Below are positions 23,120 to 31,859 of a stretch of 64,000 bases of DNA, one piece after another. The notes beneath the pieces are model-generated. The model had not been told where the DNA came from. It made no database searches and worked only from the letters and a program-made list of their open reading frames with translations. Source of the stretch: Bdellovibrio sp. (GTDB lineage Bacteria; Bdellovibrionota; Bdellovibrionia; Bdellovibrionales; Bdellovibrionaceae); assembly GCA_036676395.1 (NCBI GenBank), contig JAKFCY010000003.1:384001-448000 (forward strand), read 5' to 3'. A program made the position numbers and the translations under genes. Numbering within the stretch: position 1 is the stretch's first letter; each line of letters opens with the position of its first letter.

Positions 23120-23914
23120 ATGGGAATTGCAAAACCAACTATCAATTTAAAATTAAAAGTTTGGCGCCAAAAAAACAGTAGCTCTAAAGGCGAATTTAAA
23201 AATTACGAAGCAAAAAATGTATCTCCAGACGCTTCATTTTTAGAAATGCTTGATGCTGTCAATGAAGAGCTCATCAATAAAAACGAAGAACCGATTTTAT
23301 TCGACCATGACTGCCGCGAAGGTATTTGTGGAAGCTGCGGTTTCATGATTAACGGCAATGCGCATGGCCCACAAAAATCAACAACCGTGTGCCAATTGCA
23401 CATGCGCTCATTCAAAGACGGCGAAACATTGGTGCTAGAACCATGGAGAGCAGCCGCTTTTCCAATTCTAAAAGATTTGGTTGCTGACCGATCAGCTTTT
23501 GACCGCATTATTAAATCTGGCGGCTACATTTCTGTAAACACGGGTAATGCTCGCGATGCAAATAACATTTTAATTCCAAAACCAGATGCTGATGAAGCTA
23601 TGGCTTCTGCAACTTGCATCGGTTGTGGTGCGTGTGTTGCTTCTTGTAAAAATGCTTCTGCCGCCCTATTCACTTCTGCAAAAATCCAACATATGGCTTT
23701 ATTGCCGCAAGGCAAAGTTGAACGCGCACAACGTGCGCTAGATATGACGGCGCAAATGGATGCAGAAGGTTTCGGAGCTTGTTCTACAACAGGATCATGT
23801 TCTGCAGCTTGTCCGAAAGACATTTCATTAATCAATATCGCGACAATGAATCGCGAATTATTAAAAGCTACGATCACAAAACAAGAAGAACATTCTGGTG
23901 GCGGCGACGGCTAG
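23120..23914 (+). CDS. sdhB: Succinate dehydrogenase iron-sulfur subunit
   Basis: [32 protein letters not shown]. Confidence 0.97.
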   Translation: MGIAKPTINLKLKVWRQKNSSSKGEFKNYEAKNVSPDASFLEMLDAVNEELINKNEEPILFDHDCREGICGSCGFMINGNAHGPQKSTTVCQLHMRSFKDGETLVLEPWRAAAFPILKDLVADRSAFDRIIKSGGYISVNTGNARDANNILIPKPDADEAMASATCIGCGACVASCKNASAALFTSAKIQHMALLPQGKVERAQRALDMTAQMDAEGFGACSTTGSCSAACPKDISLINIATMNRELLKATITKQEEHSGGGDG

Positions 23915-24855
23915 TGAAAGACTTTATTAAGATCTTTTTAGTTTTAATTACAGTAGTTGTGGCCTTTGTATTTGGCCGCAGCTACGGCGAACAATCGATC
24001 TTAGAGTCTAAAGAATTTAAAGACAACAAAAGCAGTCAGGCCGAAAACGCACGCGCTGAAGAAGAGCTAAAACTTATGAAAGATAAGTTTCAAAGCTTAC
24101 TAGATAGCGCAGATTTAAAAAAAGCCGACGAAGTTTACGGTAAAATGATGACTTTGTTTTTAGTCGATCTTGGTCTGCGCATTTCAGAACAACAGCAAAA
24201 AGACTTAGATGCAGGTAAAACACAACTCTTAATTTGTGCGGCTCAATCAGGGCAATCTGCGGCTATAAAAACGCCCCAAACCCCAGCTCAAGTTTCTGTT
24301 TCTAAGACATTGCCTGAAGAAGTCGAAGAAGCTCCTAAAGCACCTAAGTTTTCTCAAGCAGCGCCAGGGCGATTTAAATCTACAGAATGGACTCTTGTTA
24401 ACAGCCACTCAAATTCAGAAATTTTAAAAAATCTTGAAAAAGTAAAGTTAACTAATATAGATGCTTTCTTGGTCGCAGCTCCTGAAACGCCATTTTCAGA
24501 TTTACAAAAATACTATGGAACATTTCGCGGCCGTGTAGCTGCCGTTGATGGTTCAAATTATGGTTCATTGGTTATGACGATTGGTCCGCATGCAGAAAAA
24601 GCCAATAATGTTTCTGGTGAAGTGCAATTTTATCGTGGTGGCAAATCCGAATCTACGTCTACTTTCAATGGCGCCACTTGGGGATATACGCCGACGGGTT
24701 ATCAAGGAAATATGGTTAGCATGGGTGGAAGATTTTTACAGATTTATAAAATTGAATCCGCCGATAAAATTGCCGGAAATTTCTATGAACGCCTTCCAAA
24801 CGGCACAACAAAACTTATCGGAAGTTTTGTTTTAAATCGTACTGATCGTATTTAG
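23914..24855 (+). CDS. Hypothetical membrane-anchored exported protein
   Basis: GTG overlapping the sdhB stop; N-terminal TM, coiled region, Pro/Ala linker, beta-rich C-terminal domain. Confidence 0.7.
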   Translation: MKDFIKIFLVLITVVVAFVFGRSYGEQSILESKEFKDNKSSQAENARAEEELKLMKDKFQSLLDSADLKKADEVYGKMMTLFLVDLGLRISEQQQKDLDAGKTQLLICAAQSGQSAAIKTPQTPAQVSVSKTLPEEVEEAPKAPKFSQAAPGRFKSTEWTLVNSHSNSEILKNLEKVKLTNIDAFLVAAPETPFSDLQKYYGTFRGRVAAVDGSNYGSLVMTIGPHAEKANNVSGEVQFYRGGKSESTSTFNGATWGYTPTGYQGNMVSMGGRFLQIYKIESADKIAGNFYERLPNGTTKLIGSFVLNRTDRI

Positions 24856-25304
24856 TTTTCTATACAAGTCGGCAATTCATCAGCAGAAAATTTCAGAACT
24901 ACATCTTTTTCTAAGGGCAAAACCGTTTTGCTTGAATTGTATTTTTGCATAACCTTAACGCCAGCAACCCCAACTGATAAATTAGAAAACGAACTCCCGC
25001 GTAAAATCTCTTGTTTAATTTCTAGATATGGAAACCCAGAAAGTAGCGTAGAGTCTTGTAAAGCTTGTGTGGCGCGCATTTCAAAAGAACCAGAAAAATC
25101 TTTTTTGGTTTCATGAGTAACTACATCAATAACGTTCATCGGGTGGTAGCCCTTAGTCATTAAGGCTTCAGTGATTTCGTCAGGTGTGGTGTTTGGAACA
25201 ATTAAACTGCAACCTTTAACTTGGTAAGCCCCGATTTGACTGGCGAAAGCCGAAAGTGAAATGAAGCTAGTAGCGACGATATAAAATTTAAATAAATTTT
25301 TCAT
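24852..25304 (-). CDS. Hypothetical secreted protein
   Basis: Signal peptide MKNLFKFY...SAFA; two Cys. Confidence 0.65.
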   Translation of the reverse strand: MKNLFKFYIVATSFISLSAFASQIGAYQVKGCSLIVPNTTPDEITEALMTKGYHPMNVIDVVTHETKKDFSGSFEMRATQALQDSTLLSGFPYLEIKQEILRGSSFSNLSVGVAGVKVMQKYNSSKTVLPLEKDVVLKFSADELPTCIEN

Positions 25305-25584
25305 ATATAGAGAGAGTGCAAAAAGCCCCGCAATTTTGAATCGCATATCGCTGAGGTGAATGTACCATTTTGAGACAGCTCACTAATGACACGACAGCCA
25401 CAGCCGCAACTTGTTACACAGATTTAAATTTATTTTTAAATGCACTAACCTTTAAAAATCGCGTCATTCGTCTCACTTACGTACGTTAGTTCAGGAAGAA
25501 CTAAACACAGCGATGATTTGCACCCTGACAAAAGTCTACATTCCTGGACCTATTCTGACGAAGAGAATCATAGGTAGGGTGCAA

Positions 25585-25827
25585 ATGAAAAAAGCCAGCG
25601 ATTTATTGAAAGAAATGGGATTCAACCAAAATGCCCCGGTTGCAACGCAAGAAGCATTTTTGAAACATCTTATCAAAGCCGCGACAGGAGCCAATGTTGT
25701 GACTCCGACCGAGAAAAAAATTATCCAAGAAAACCCCGATAAAATCGTACAATTTCCGAAACAATTATCTTTTGATTTTGTCGACGAAGAAAACTTAGCG
25801 CCCGCGAAAAAATCTAAAAAGGCGTAA
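25585..25827 (+). CDS. Small hypothetical protein
   Basis: MKKASDLLKEMGFN...QLSFDF; GGTAGGG upstream of ATG. Confidence 0.65.
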   Translation: MKKASDLLKEMGFNQNAPVATQEAFLKHLIKAATGANVVTPTEKKIIQENPDKIVQFPKQLSFDFVDEENLAPAKKSKKA

Positions 25828-25955
25828 CAATAAATTTTATTAAATGCTAGTTTTCCCCTAGCCGTTTTGCCAGTTTCAGTCTGGAACCAACAACTAGACT
25901 GTTTAGTAAACAAGCACGTGCTAATATTTTTCGTAAGTTAAGGGGAAACACCACC

Positions 25956-27584
25956 ATGAAAAAGAATTTTTCTAAAGTAGGCGCAGTAGCGGCGACAATG
26001 ATGTTAGCTATCACTGCAAACGCAAAATTTACAACTGAGTCTGTACCGGGCGAATTTGTTGTAAAATTAAAACCAGGAATGATGCGCTTATCAACGCAAT
26101 CACTTTCTACACAGCTAAATGGGTTTGTAACTCAAAAGATTTCTGGACAAGACATTGTCGTAGTTAAAAAAGCTGTATTTCAAACTAATGATTCGGCAAT
26201 TAAATCATTAAATGAAAATCCAATGGTTGAGATCGCTGAACCAAATTTCATTTACAAAATTAACAAAGCTCCAACTGATCCCATGTATTTACAAACTTGG
26301 GGTTTAGGTAACGTTGGCCAGGCAGATCCAAAAAATCAAGTTGGTGTTGCAGGAATCGATATCAATGCTGAGCGCGCTTGGGAAATCCAAACAGGAACTC
26401 GCGAAAAAATTATTGCCATCATCGATACAGGTATTGATCACACTCACCCTGATTTAGTTGATAACATGTGGCAAAATGAAGCTGAAGCAAACGGAACAGC
26501 TGGCGTAGATGATGATAACAACGGTGTTGTTGATGATATCTATGGTTACAATGCAATTAATAATTCTGGTAATTCAAAAGATGACCAAGGTCACGGTTCA
26601 CACTGTGCTGGTACAATCGGAGCTCGCGCAAATAATGGTATCGGCGTTGCTGGTGTAAACTGGAATGTTCGCATGATGTCAGTTAAATTTTTAGATGCTG
26701 GCGGATCTGGTTCTTTAGCTGATGCTATCAAAGCTATCGACTACGCAACTAAAATGGGTGCGCATGTTATGTCGAATTCTTGGGGCGGCGGCGGATTCTC
26801 GCAAACTCTGTTAGATGCTATCGAGCGTTCAAACGCAGCAGGCGCGATCTTTATCGCAGCAGCAGGTAATGAATATAACAATAATGATAACTCACCTACT
26901 TACCCATCAACTTACCAAGCAACAAATGTAATGTCGGTTGCAGCGATTGACAATCGTGGTGCTAAAGCAGATTTTTCTAACTTCGGTAAAAAAACAGTTC
27001 ACTTAGGAGCTCCTGGTGTGAATGTTATGTCGACGACTGGTGGTTCGTATAAATCTTATTCTGGAACTTCAATGGCAACTCCACACGTTGCTGGTGTTGC
27101 AGCTTTATTATGGGCTAACGAGCCGAACTTAACTGCTGCAGAAGTAAAAGCTAGATTAGTTGCTACGGTTAGACCTTTAGCTTCTATGAAAGGTAAAACT
27201 AGAACTGGCGGTATGGTTGATGCTTACGGTGCTTTAACAAACACACAAGCTCCACCTGATGCAAATGATCCATCTAACTGGGCAACAGTTTCTATGGATT
27301 TTAAATCTGAGTCTCCGTACAAACCAAATACAAACCAAGTGTTTGAAGTTTCGGTTCCGGGCGCGAAAGAATTTGCAGTTTACTTTGAAAAATTCAATGT
27401 TGAATCTGGTTATGACTTCGTAACTATCTATGATTCAAAAGGAACTAAAGTTCAAACATTAACTGGTTCATTAGACGAATCTTTTTCAATGACGATCACT
27501 GGCGAATCAGCTCGTATCGAATTTAAATCAGATAAATCTGTTGAAAAATCTGGTTGGACAATCACTAAAGCTGCTTACAGATAG
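25956..27584 (+). CDS. Secreted S8 subtilisin-like serine protease with C-terminal CUB-like domain
   Basis: IIDTG (Asp), HGSHCAG (His), AAGN, GTSMATPH (Ser); ESGYDFVTIYD...FKSD.SV..SGW CUB signature. Confidence 0.95.
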   Translation: MKKNFSKVGAVAATMMLAITANAKFTTESVPGEFVVKLKPGMMRLSTQSLSTQLNGFVTQKISGQDIVVVKKAVFQTNDSAIKSLNENPMVEIAEPNFIYKINKAPTDPMYLQTWGLGNVGQADPKNQVGVAGIDINAERAWEIQTGTREKIIAIIDTGIDHTHPDLVDNMWQNEAEANGTAGVDDDNNGVVDDIYGYNAINNSGNSKDDQGHGSHCAGTIGARANNGIGVAGVNWNVRMMSVKFLDAGGSGSLADAIKAIDYATKMGAHVMSNSWGGGGFSQTLLDAIERSNAAGAIFIAAAGNEYNNNDNSPTYPSTYQATNVMSVAAIDNRGAKADFSNFGKKTVHLGAPGVNVMSTTGGSYKSYSGTSMATPHVAGVAALLWANEPNLTAAEVKARLVATVRPLASMKGKTRTGGMVDAYGALTNTQAPPDANDPSNWATVSMDFKSESPYKPNTNQVFEVSVPGAKEFAVYFEKFNVESGYDFVTIYDSKGTKVQTLTGSLDESFSMTITGESARIEFKSDKSVEKSGWTITKAAYR

Positions 27585-27658
27585 TAATTTAATCTGATTA
27601 GTTTGTTTGCTGGATTTACGAATAGTTTTTCCAGCGAAATTCAGATAAATTCGAATTC

Positions 27659-27696
27659 AAAAAAATTGCAAAGCTAAAACTTTGCAATTTTTTTTT
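27659..27696 (+). terminator. Intrinsic terminator after the protease gene
   Basis: AAAAAAATTGCAAAG-ctaaaa-CTTTGCAATTTTTTTTT. Confidence 0.8.
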
Positions 27697-27716
27697 GCAC
27701 GAAGCAGGTTGAGAGT

Positions 27717-27917
27717 ATGAAAAAACATATTACACAACTCGTTCTTGTTTCAATAATGATATTTACGCAAAGCTGTGCCGACTATGGAATTGGCGGTAAC
27801 ACAGGTACAGCTAACATCCTAATGACCAAACCTTATCCGCCATCAGAATCTTCGGGCGTTAATATTAAATTATTTCGAACTCAAAGATTATCTGTACAGG
27901 ACCTATTTCTGTTTTAA
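27717..27917 (+). CDS. Possible small lipoprotein or gene remnant
   Basis: MKK, hydrophobic stretch, then TQSC lipobox-like; short, with tail overlapping the opposite gene. Confidence 0.4.
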   Translation: MKKHITQLVLVSIMIFTQSCADYGIGGNTGTANILMTKPYPPSESSGVNIKLFRTQRLSVQDLFLF

Positions 27918-28274
27918 GACTTTAATCTCTACATAAACGACCAATAGGATAATAACAATTTCGGCAGTTAAAAATGTTTTGCCAAGTGAAGTTATACGCT
28001 CGCGAAACAAAATTAGGGCTGCCGAAATTAAACAATAAAATAAATTGGCTGAAATGATCGTCATCAACATCCACGGTCGAATCTTAGACACGAAAAAATA
28101 ACAGCTTAAAGAATATAAGGCATACACAGCGGGCAACATCGCCAAGCTTTGCAATAACGATACGTTAATTCCAAGAAACAAGGAATAACGAACAAGAATA
28201 AGACCTGTAAAACAAGCACTAAGAATCGCGCCGATTCCATCCAATAGAAAAATATTTTTTTGATTTAACCGCAC
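27903..28274 (-). CDS. Hypothetical four-TM membrane protein
   Basis: FLLDGIGAILSA, ISANLFYC, AEIVIILLVVYVE; four hydrophobic segments. Confidence 0.75.
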   Translation of the reverse strand: MRLNQKNIFLLDGIGAILSACFTGLILVRYSLFLGINVSLLQSLAMLPAVYALYSLSCYFFVSKIRPWMLMTIISANLFYCLISAALILFRERITSLGKTFLTAEIVIILLVVYVEIKVLKQK

Positions 28275-28275
28275 G

Positions 28276-29154
28276 CTACTGATGCCGACTTAAAAAGTCG
28301 CGAAGTTTTAAATTTAAAAATTCTGGAAAATCCAACTGACAGCAGTGTGATCCGTAAGGCACTAAAACATATTCTGCCCCGTGAATTTGATCGACCAATT
28401 CTTTTTGATAACTTGGGGGAGTTAAAAAATCGCGATCGCCGGCAATCACCAAGGCCGGCTTGTCGATTGAATGTAAAATTCTTGTGCCATCAAAACTTAA
28501 CAATTGTTCAAACAATCTAAAAAATAACGGAAGTTCTAGTCTTGAAACTCCCCGCCCGTACATTTCGATATCTTTAAATTGCGTAAGTTTTATATTAAAG
28601 CCACCAGATAATGCGGCCACTTGAAAAGCGACGGGATTATCAATCATGGCTCTCCATAGCGCATTCCATAGGTCAGGGGCTTTGGTGTGTTGAATTTTTA
28701 AAAATTGAAAAAGTGGCTCTACGAACTCTAAACCAAAAAGTTTTTTCAATGGGTTTCTGGCAAAACCATTAATGAATGTTAAAGTTTTAAAAATTTCAGG
28801 AAACTGCTCAAAAGATTTTAACTGGTAAGGAACACCAAAACTGTGGCCGACTACGTGGGCACTTTTATGACCTAAATGATTAATTAACCCTTTAAGATCA
28901 AAAGCTAAATGTTCAAAAGTCATGTTATCAAGATTTCTTACCGGCACACTTTTGTGATGACCGCGAATATCAAACAAAATTACCTGATGCGTGCGCGAAA
29001 AAAATTCGACTTGTGGGTGCCAGTGATTCATTAAACAAGCGATGCCGTAAATAAAAACGATAGGTTCGCCTTTACCATGAACCTCGTAATAAATCGGAGT
29101 TCCATCCATGGCTTCATAGTATCCAGTTTTTTTCTCAATAAATTGTGCACTCAT
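28276..29154 (-). CDS. Alpha/beta hydrolase
   Basis: FDIRGH, GHSFG nucleophile elbow, GDRD, GSH. Confidence 0.9.
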   Translation of the reverse strand: MSAQFIEKKTGYYEAMDGTPIYYEVHGKGEPIVFIYGIACLMNHWHPQVEFFSRTHQVILFDIRGHHKSVPVRNLDNMTFEHLAFDLKGLINHLGHKSAHVVGHSFGVPYQLKSFEQFPEIFKTLTFINGFARNPLKKLFGLEFVEPLFQFLKIQHTKAPDLWNALWRAMIDNPVAFQVAALSGGFNIKLTQFKDIEMYGRGVSRLELPLFFRLFEQLLSFDGTRILHSIDKPALVIAGDRDFLTPPSYQKELVDQIHGAEYVLVPYGSHCCQLDFPEFLNLKLRDFLSRHQ

Positions 29155-29804
29155 TTTAAAATCGAAAGCTCCACTACGTTGGCTCCAAACATTACGCGAT
29201 CTCCACTTTCGATGGGATGTTGTGTGAATGCTTTGCCATTGATAAGTATCTTATCACCGCAAAGAGTTTCGATGTAAGCTGTTTCGCCGACCTGAAAAAA
29301 TTTGGCAATTTGTCCGGGCTGGGTGGGGTCTTTTATGTTTAAATCTAGGCTATTAAAACCCATGGTTCTTGGACCATAACTGAGCGTGTAGAATTCGTCG
29401 GTTTGTGGACCCGATAAGAAAGTTAGGCGCACAGGGTATAAATAGAAGAAAAACTCTGTTAAAATAGGCTCCCAGCTGTCAGATTCTAAAAATTCTACTA
29501 AGGATTCTTCCCAGGTGGTAAAGCTAGATTTAGGCTTTTCGATCACCTTAAAACCTGTCTGTCCCATATGAAAAATCAGCCCACTAATTAAGCTAAGCGA
29601 CACCCCTTCAGATGAACCGGCACGAATTTTATTGCCGTCTAAGGCTCTGATTTTCCATAAGAAATTTGGATCTAGATAGATTTCAGCATGCACCGACGCC
29701 ATTTCAGGGTCACCGAAATAGCCAGACGAGAAAATATAGTTCTCGCGCATGGTTATAATCTGTCCTTTGTGGTGTCCGTCTAACACCTGCAATGCCAATT
29801 TCAT
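29151..29804 (-). CDS. Tandem FHA-like domain protein
   Basis: Two beta-rich repeats (L.VLDG...ASVHAEI; LTFLSGP...LINGK...IESGDRVMFG). Confidence 0.7.
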   Translation of the reverse strand: MKLALQVLDGHHKGQIITMRENYIFSSGYFGDPEMASVHAEIYLDPNFLWKIRALDGNKIRAGSSEGVSLSLISGLIFHMGQTGFKVIEKPKSSFTTWEESLVEFLESDSWEPILTEFFFYLYPVRLTFLSGPQTDEFYTLSYGPRTMGFNSLDLNIKDPTQPGQIAKFFQVGETAYIETLCGDKILINGKAFTQHPIESGDRVMFGANVVELSILK

Positions 29805-29879
29805 AAATTTATCTTAGGGCCTAGATCAAGCCTTGTCTACGTCTACGGAAGCTGCTAAACCAGTTGAACATTATAAGTC

Positions 29880-29921
29880 ATCCTTGCTCCCCGATAGTCG
29901 GTGGAGCTTTAACCGGAAGGA
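29880..29921 (+). promoter_or_regulatory. S6:S18 ribosomal protein leader (cis-regulatory RNA)
   Basis: TCCTT pairs with the SD AAGGA; inner stem GCTCC-CCGA-tag-TCGG-t-GGAGC; CCG in the internal loop just before the SD of rpsF. Confidence 0.8.
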
Positions 29922-29927
29922 ATATCC

Positions 29928-30377
29928 ATGGATCTTAAGACAGACCTTAAGCGTCCGTATGAGGTTGTTATCCTCATGCACCCAGACGCAAACTTAGAAG
30001 AGCAAAAAGCTCTTTTCAACAAAAACAAAACAACAATCACTAGCTTTAAAGGCTCTGTGCACTCAGTAGAAACTTGGGGCAAAAGAAACTTAGCTACACC
30101 GATTGGAAAAATTCGTAAAGCTGTGTTCTTTCACTCAGTTTTCGAAGCTAATCCACAAGCGGTTATGGAGATTGAACGTACTATGCGTATCAATGATAAA
30201 GTTTTACGCTTTATGCATACACGCTTAGACGAACGCACTTCTACTGCAAAACACTTAGAAGCTTTCAAAAAAGGCTTAGCTGAGTCAGCTGCAAAAGAAA
30301 AAGAACGTGAAGCAAAAGCACAACTTCGTCGCCAAGCAGCCCAACAAGCTCGCATGGAAAGACAAGACGAAGAATAG
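29928..30377 (+). CDS. rpsF: 30S ribosomal protein S6 (with C-terminal helical extension)
   Basis: RPYEVVILMHP, WGKRNLA.PI, ERTMRINDKVLRF. Confidence 0.95.
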   Translation: MDLKTDLKRPYEVVILMHPDANLEEQKALFNKNKTTITSFKGSVHSVETWGKRNLATPIGKIRKAVFFHSVFEANPQAVMEIERTMRINDKVLRFMHTRLDERTSTAKHLEAFKKGLAESAAKEKEREAKAQLRRQAAQQARMERQDEE

Positions 30378-30384
30378 ATAACGA

Positions 30385-31263
30385 ATGCTGCCACAACAAG
30401 CCTCAGACAATAAAAAATATTTCTTACTAGCGGCAGTTTCTGCTGCTATGAGCATTATTTTTTCAATCATGAGTGCTCCGTTTATTCGTGTGCTAGCAGC
30501 AACTAAATCCAAAATTTTTTGGTTGGTTGGATTAGTTTTTGTGACTTCATTATTTTTTCTGAAGATGAACCTGGTCGCAATTTATGTAGGGGCAGTTTGG
30601 ATGACTTTAGGCCTTTACAGTGAATTGGAAAAAAAGGGCATCACGTGGAAAAAATCAGGCGCATTGTCGGTTTTTGCCGGCATGTTGTTTGGAGTAATCG
30701 CATTTCTCTCAATTACGAAATGGTCTGTTGATCATCAGTTATACAAAGAGGTAATCGATCCGCTCATGGTTTCATTAAAACAGGTTTTACCCGATGAAAA
30801 TTTCGAAAACAAAGCCGTAATGATGTTTATGCCGGGATTACTGGCTTCTGCATTGATCAGCTCGTTAGCTGTTTCACTTGTATTTGAAGCACAAATCTTC
30901 AAAGTTTTTCACATTAAACGTGAACGACTGGCTTCAGGGCTTAAATGGTTAGAATTTCGATTACCCGATATGTTTATTTGGTTATCGTTATTTGCATTTT
31001 TATTTTCAGCAGTAGAAACACCATTTAAATTTCTTCAAGTGATCGCCATTAACTTCGCGGTTATCAGCATTGTGAGCTTTTTCTTTCAAGGGATTTCGGT
31101 TTTCGAATTTGCTACACGAATTTTCAGATTAGGCAGAATAACAAAAGTGTTACTTTATCTTTTAATCATCACATGGGCGCTACCAGTCGTTACAATTTTA
31201 GGATTTGCCGATTACTGGGTGGATTTTCGCCGTCACATGAGAAAAAAGATTAAAGTAGCTTAA
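30385..31263 (+). CDS. DUF2232/YybS-family membrane protein
   Basis: Multi-TM; FRLP..FIW, FFQGIS, LGFADYWVDFR; typical position before rplI. Confidence 0.85.
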   Translation: MLPQQASDNKKYFLLAAVSAAMSIIFSIMSAPFIRVLAATKSKIFWLVGLVFVTSLFFLKMNLVAIYVGAVWMTLGLYSELEKKGITWKKSGALSVFAGMLFGVIAFLSITKWSVDHQLYKEVIDPLMVSLKQVLPDENFENKAVMMFMPGLLASALISSLAVSLVFEAQIFKVFHIKRERLASGLKWLEFRLPDMFIWLSLFAFLFSAVETPFKFLQVIAINFAVISIVSFFFQGISVFEFATRIFRLGRITKVLLYLLIITWALPVVTILGFADYWVDFRRHMRKKIKVA

Positions 31264-31298
31264 TAAGCCGTGCCGAAGGCACGTAAAAGGATTTTACA

Positions 31299-31742
31299 AT
31301 GAAAGTAATTTTACAAAAAGACGTTAAAGACTTAGGAAAAGTTGGCGATCTAGTTAACGTTTCTGCAGGTTTTGCTAGAAATTTATTATTCCCACGCAAA
31401 TTAGCTGTTGAAGCTACTGAAACTCGCGTGAACGAATACAATCACTTAAAACGCGTTGCTGATTCTAAAAAGAAAAAAGCAGCAACAGAGCGCCTAGCGT
31501 TCTTAGCAAAAATTAAAGGTACAACTGTTACTTTTAAATTAAACGCTGGTGATGGCGACAAACTTTTCGGAACTGTTACAACTTCTGATATCTCTAAAGG
31601 CTTAGGTAAACTAGGTTTTTCTGTAGACAGAAAAGACATCGTTCTTGAAGAGCAAATCAAAGTATTAGGAACTCATAAAGCAGTTATCAAGTACAGCGAA
31701 GGAATGGAAGCTCCAATCCAAATCTCTGTAGAACGCGCTTAA
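31299..31742 (+). CDS. rplI: 50S ribosomal protein L9
   Basis: [39 protein letters not shown]. Confidence 0.98.
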   Translation: MKVILQKDVKDLGKVGDLVNVSAGFARNLLFPRKLAVEATETRVNEYNHLKRVADSKKKKAATERLAFLAKIKGTTVTFKLNAGDGDKLFGTVTTSDISKGLGKLGFSVDRKDIVLEEQIKVLGTHKAVIKYSEGMEAPIQISVERA

Positions 31743-31767
31743 TAGTTTTTAACTATAAAGAACCACT

Positions 31768-31801
31768 AAAGGGCTGGCACCGCAAAGTGTCGGCCCTTTT
31801 T
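31768..31801 (+). terminator. Intrinsic terminator after rplI
   Basis: AAAGGGCTGGCAC-cgcaaa-GTGTCGGCCCTTTTT. Confidence 0.85.
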
Positions 31802-31859
31802 ATTTTGTGCCCGCGAGAGCAGCGGTGGTACATTGATCCCCAATGAACAGGGGTTTACC

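Noticed and set aside
23779..23913. Long N-terminal extension of the ORF overlapping sdhB
   Set aside because: The GTG at 23914 gives a clean signal anchor and a 1-nt overlap, so the extension is an ORF-caller artefact.
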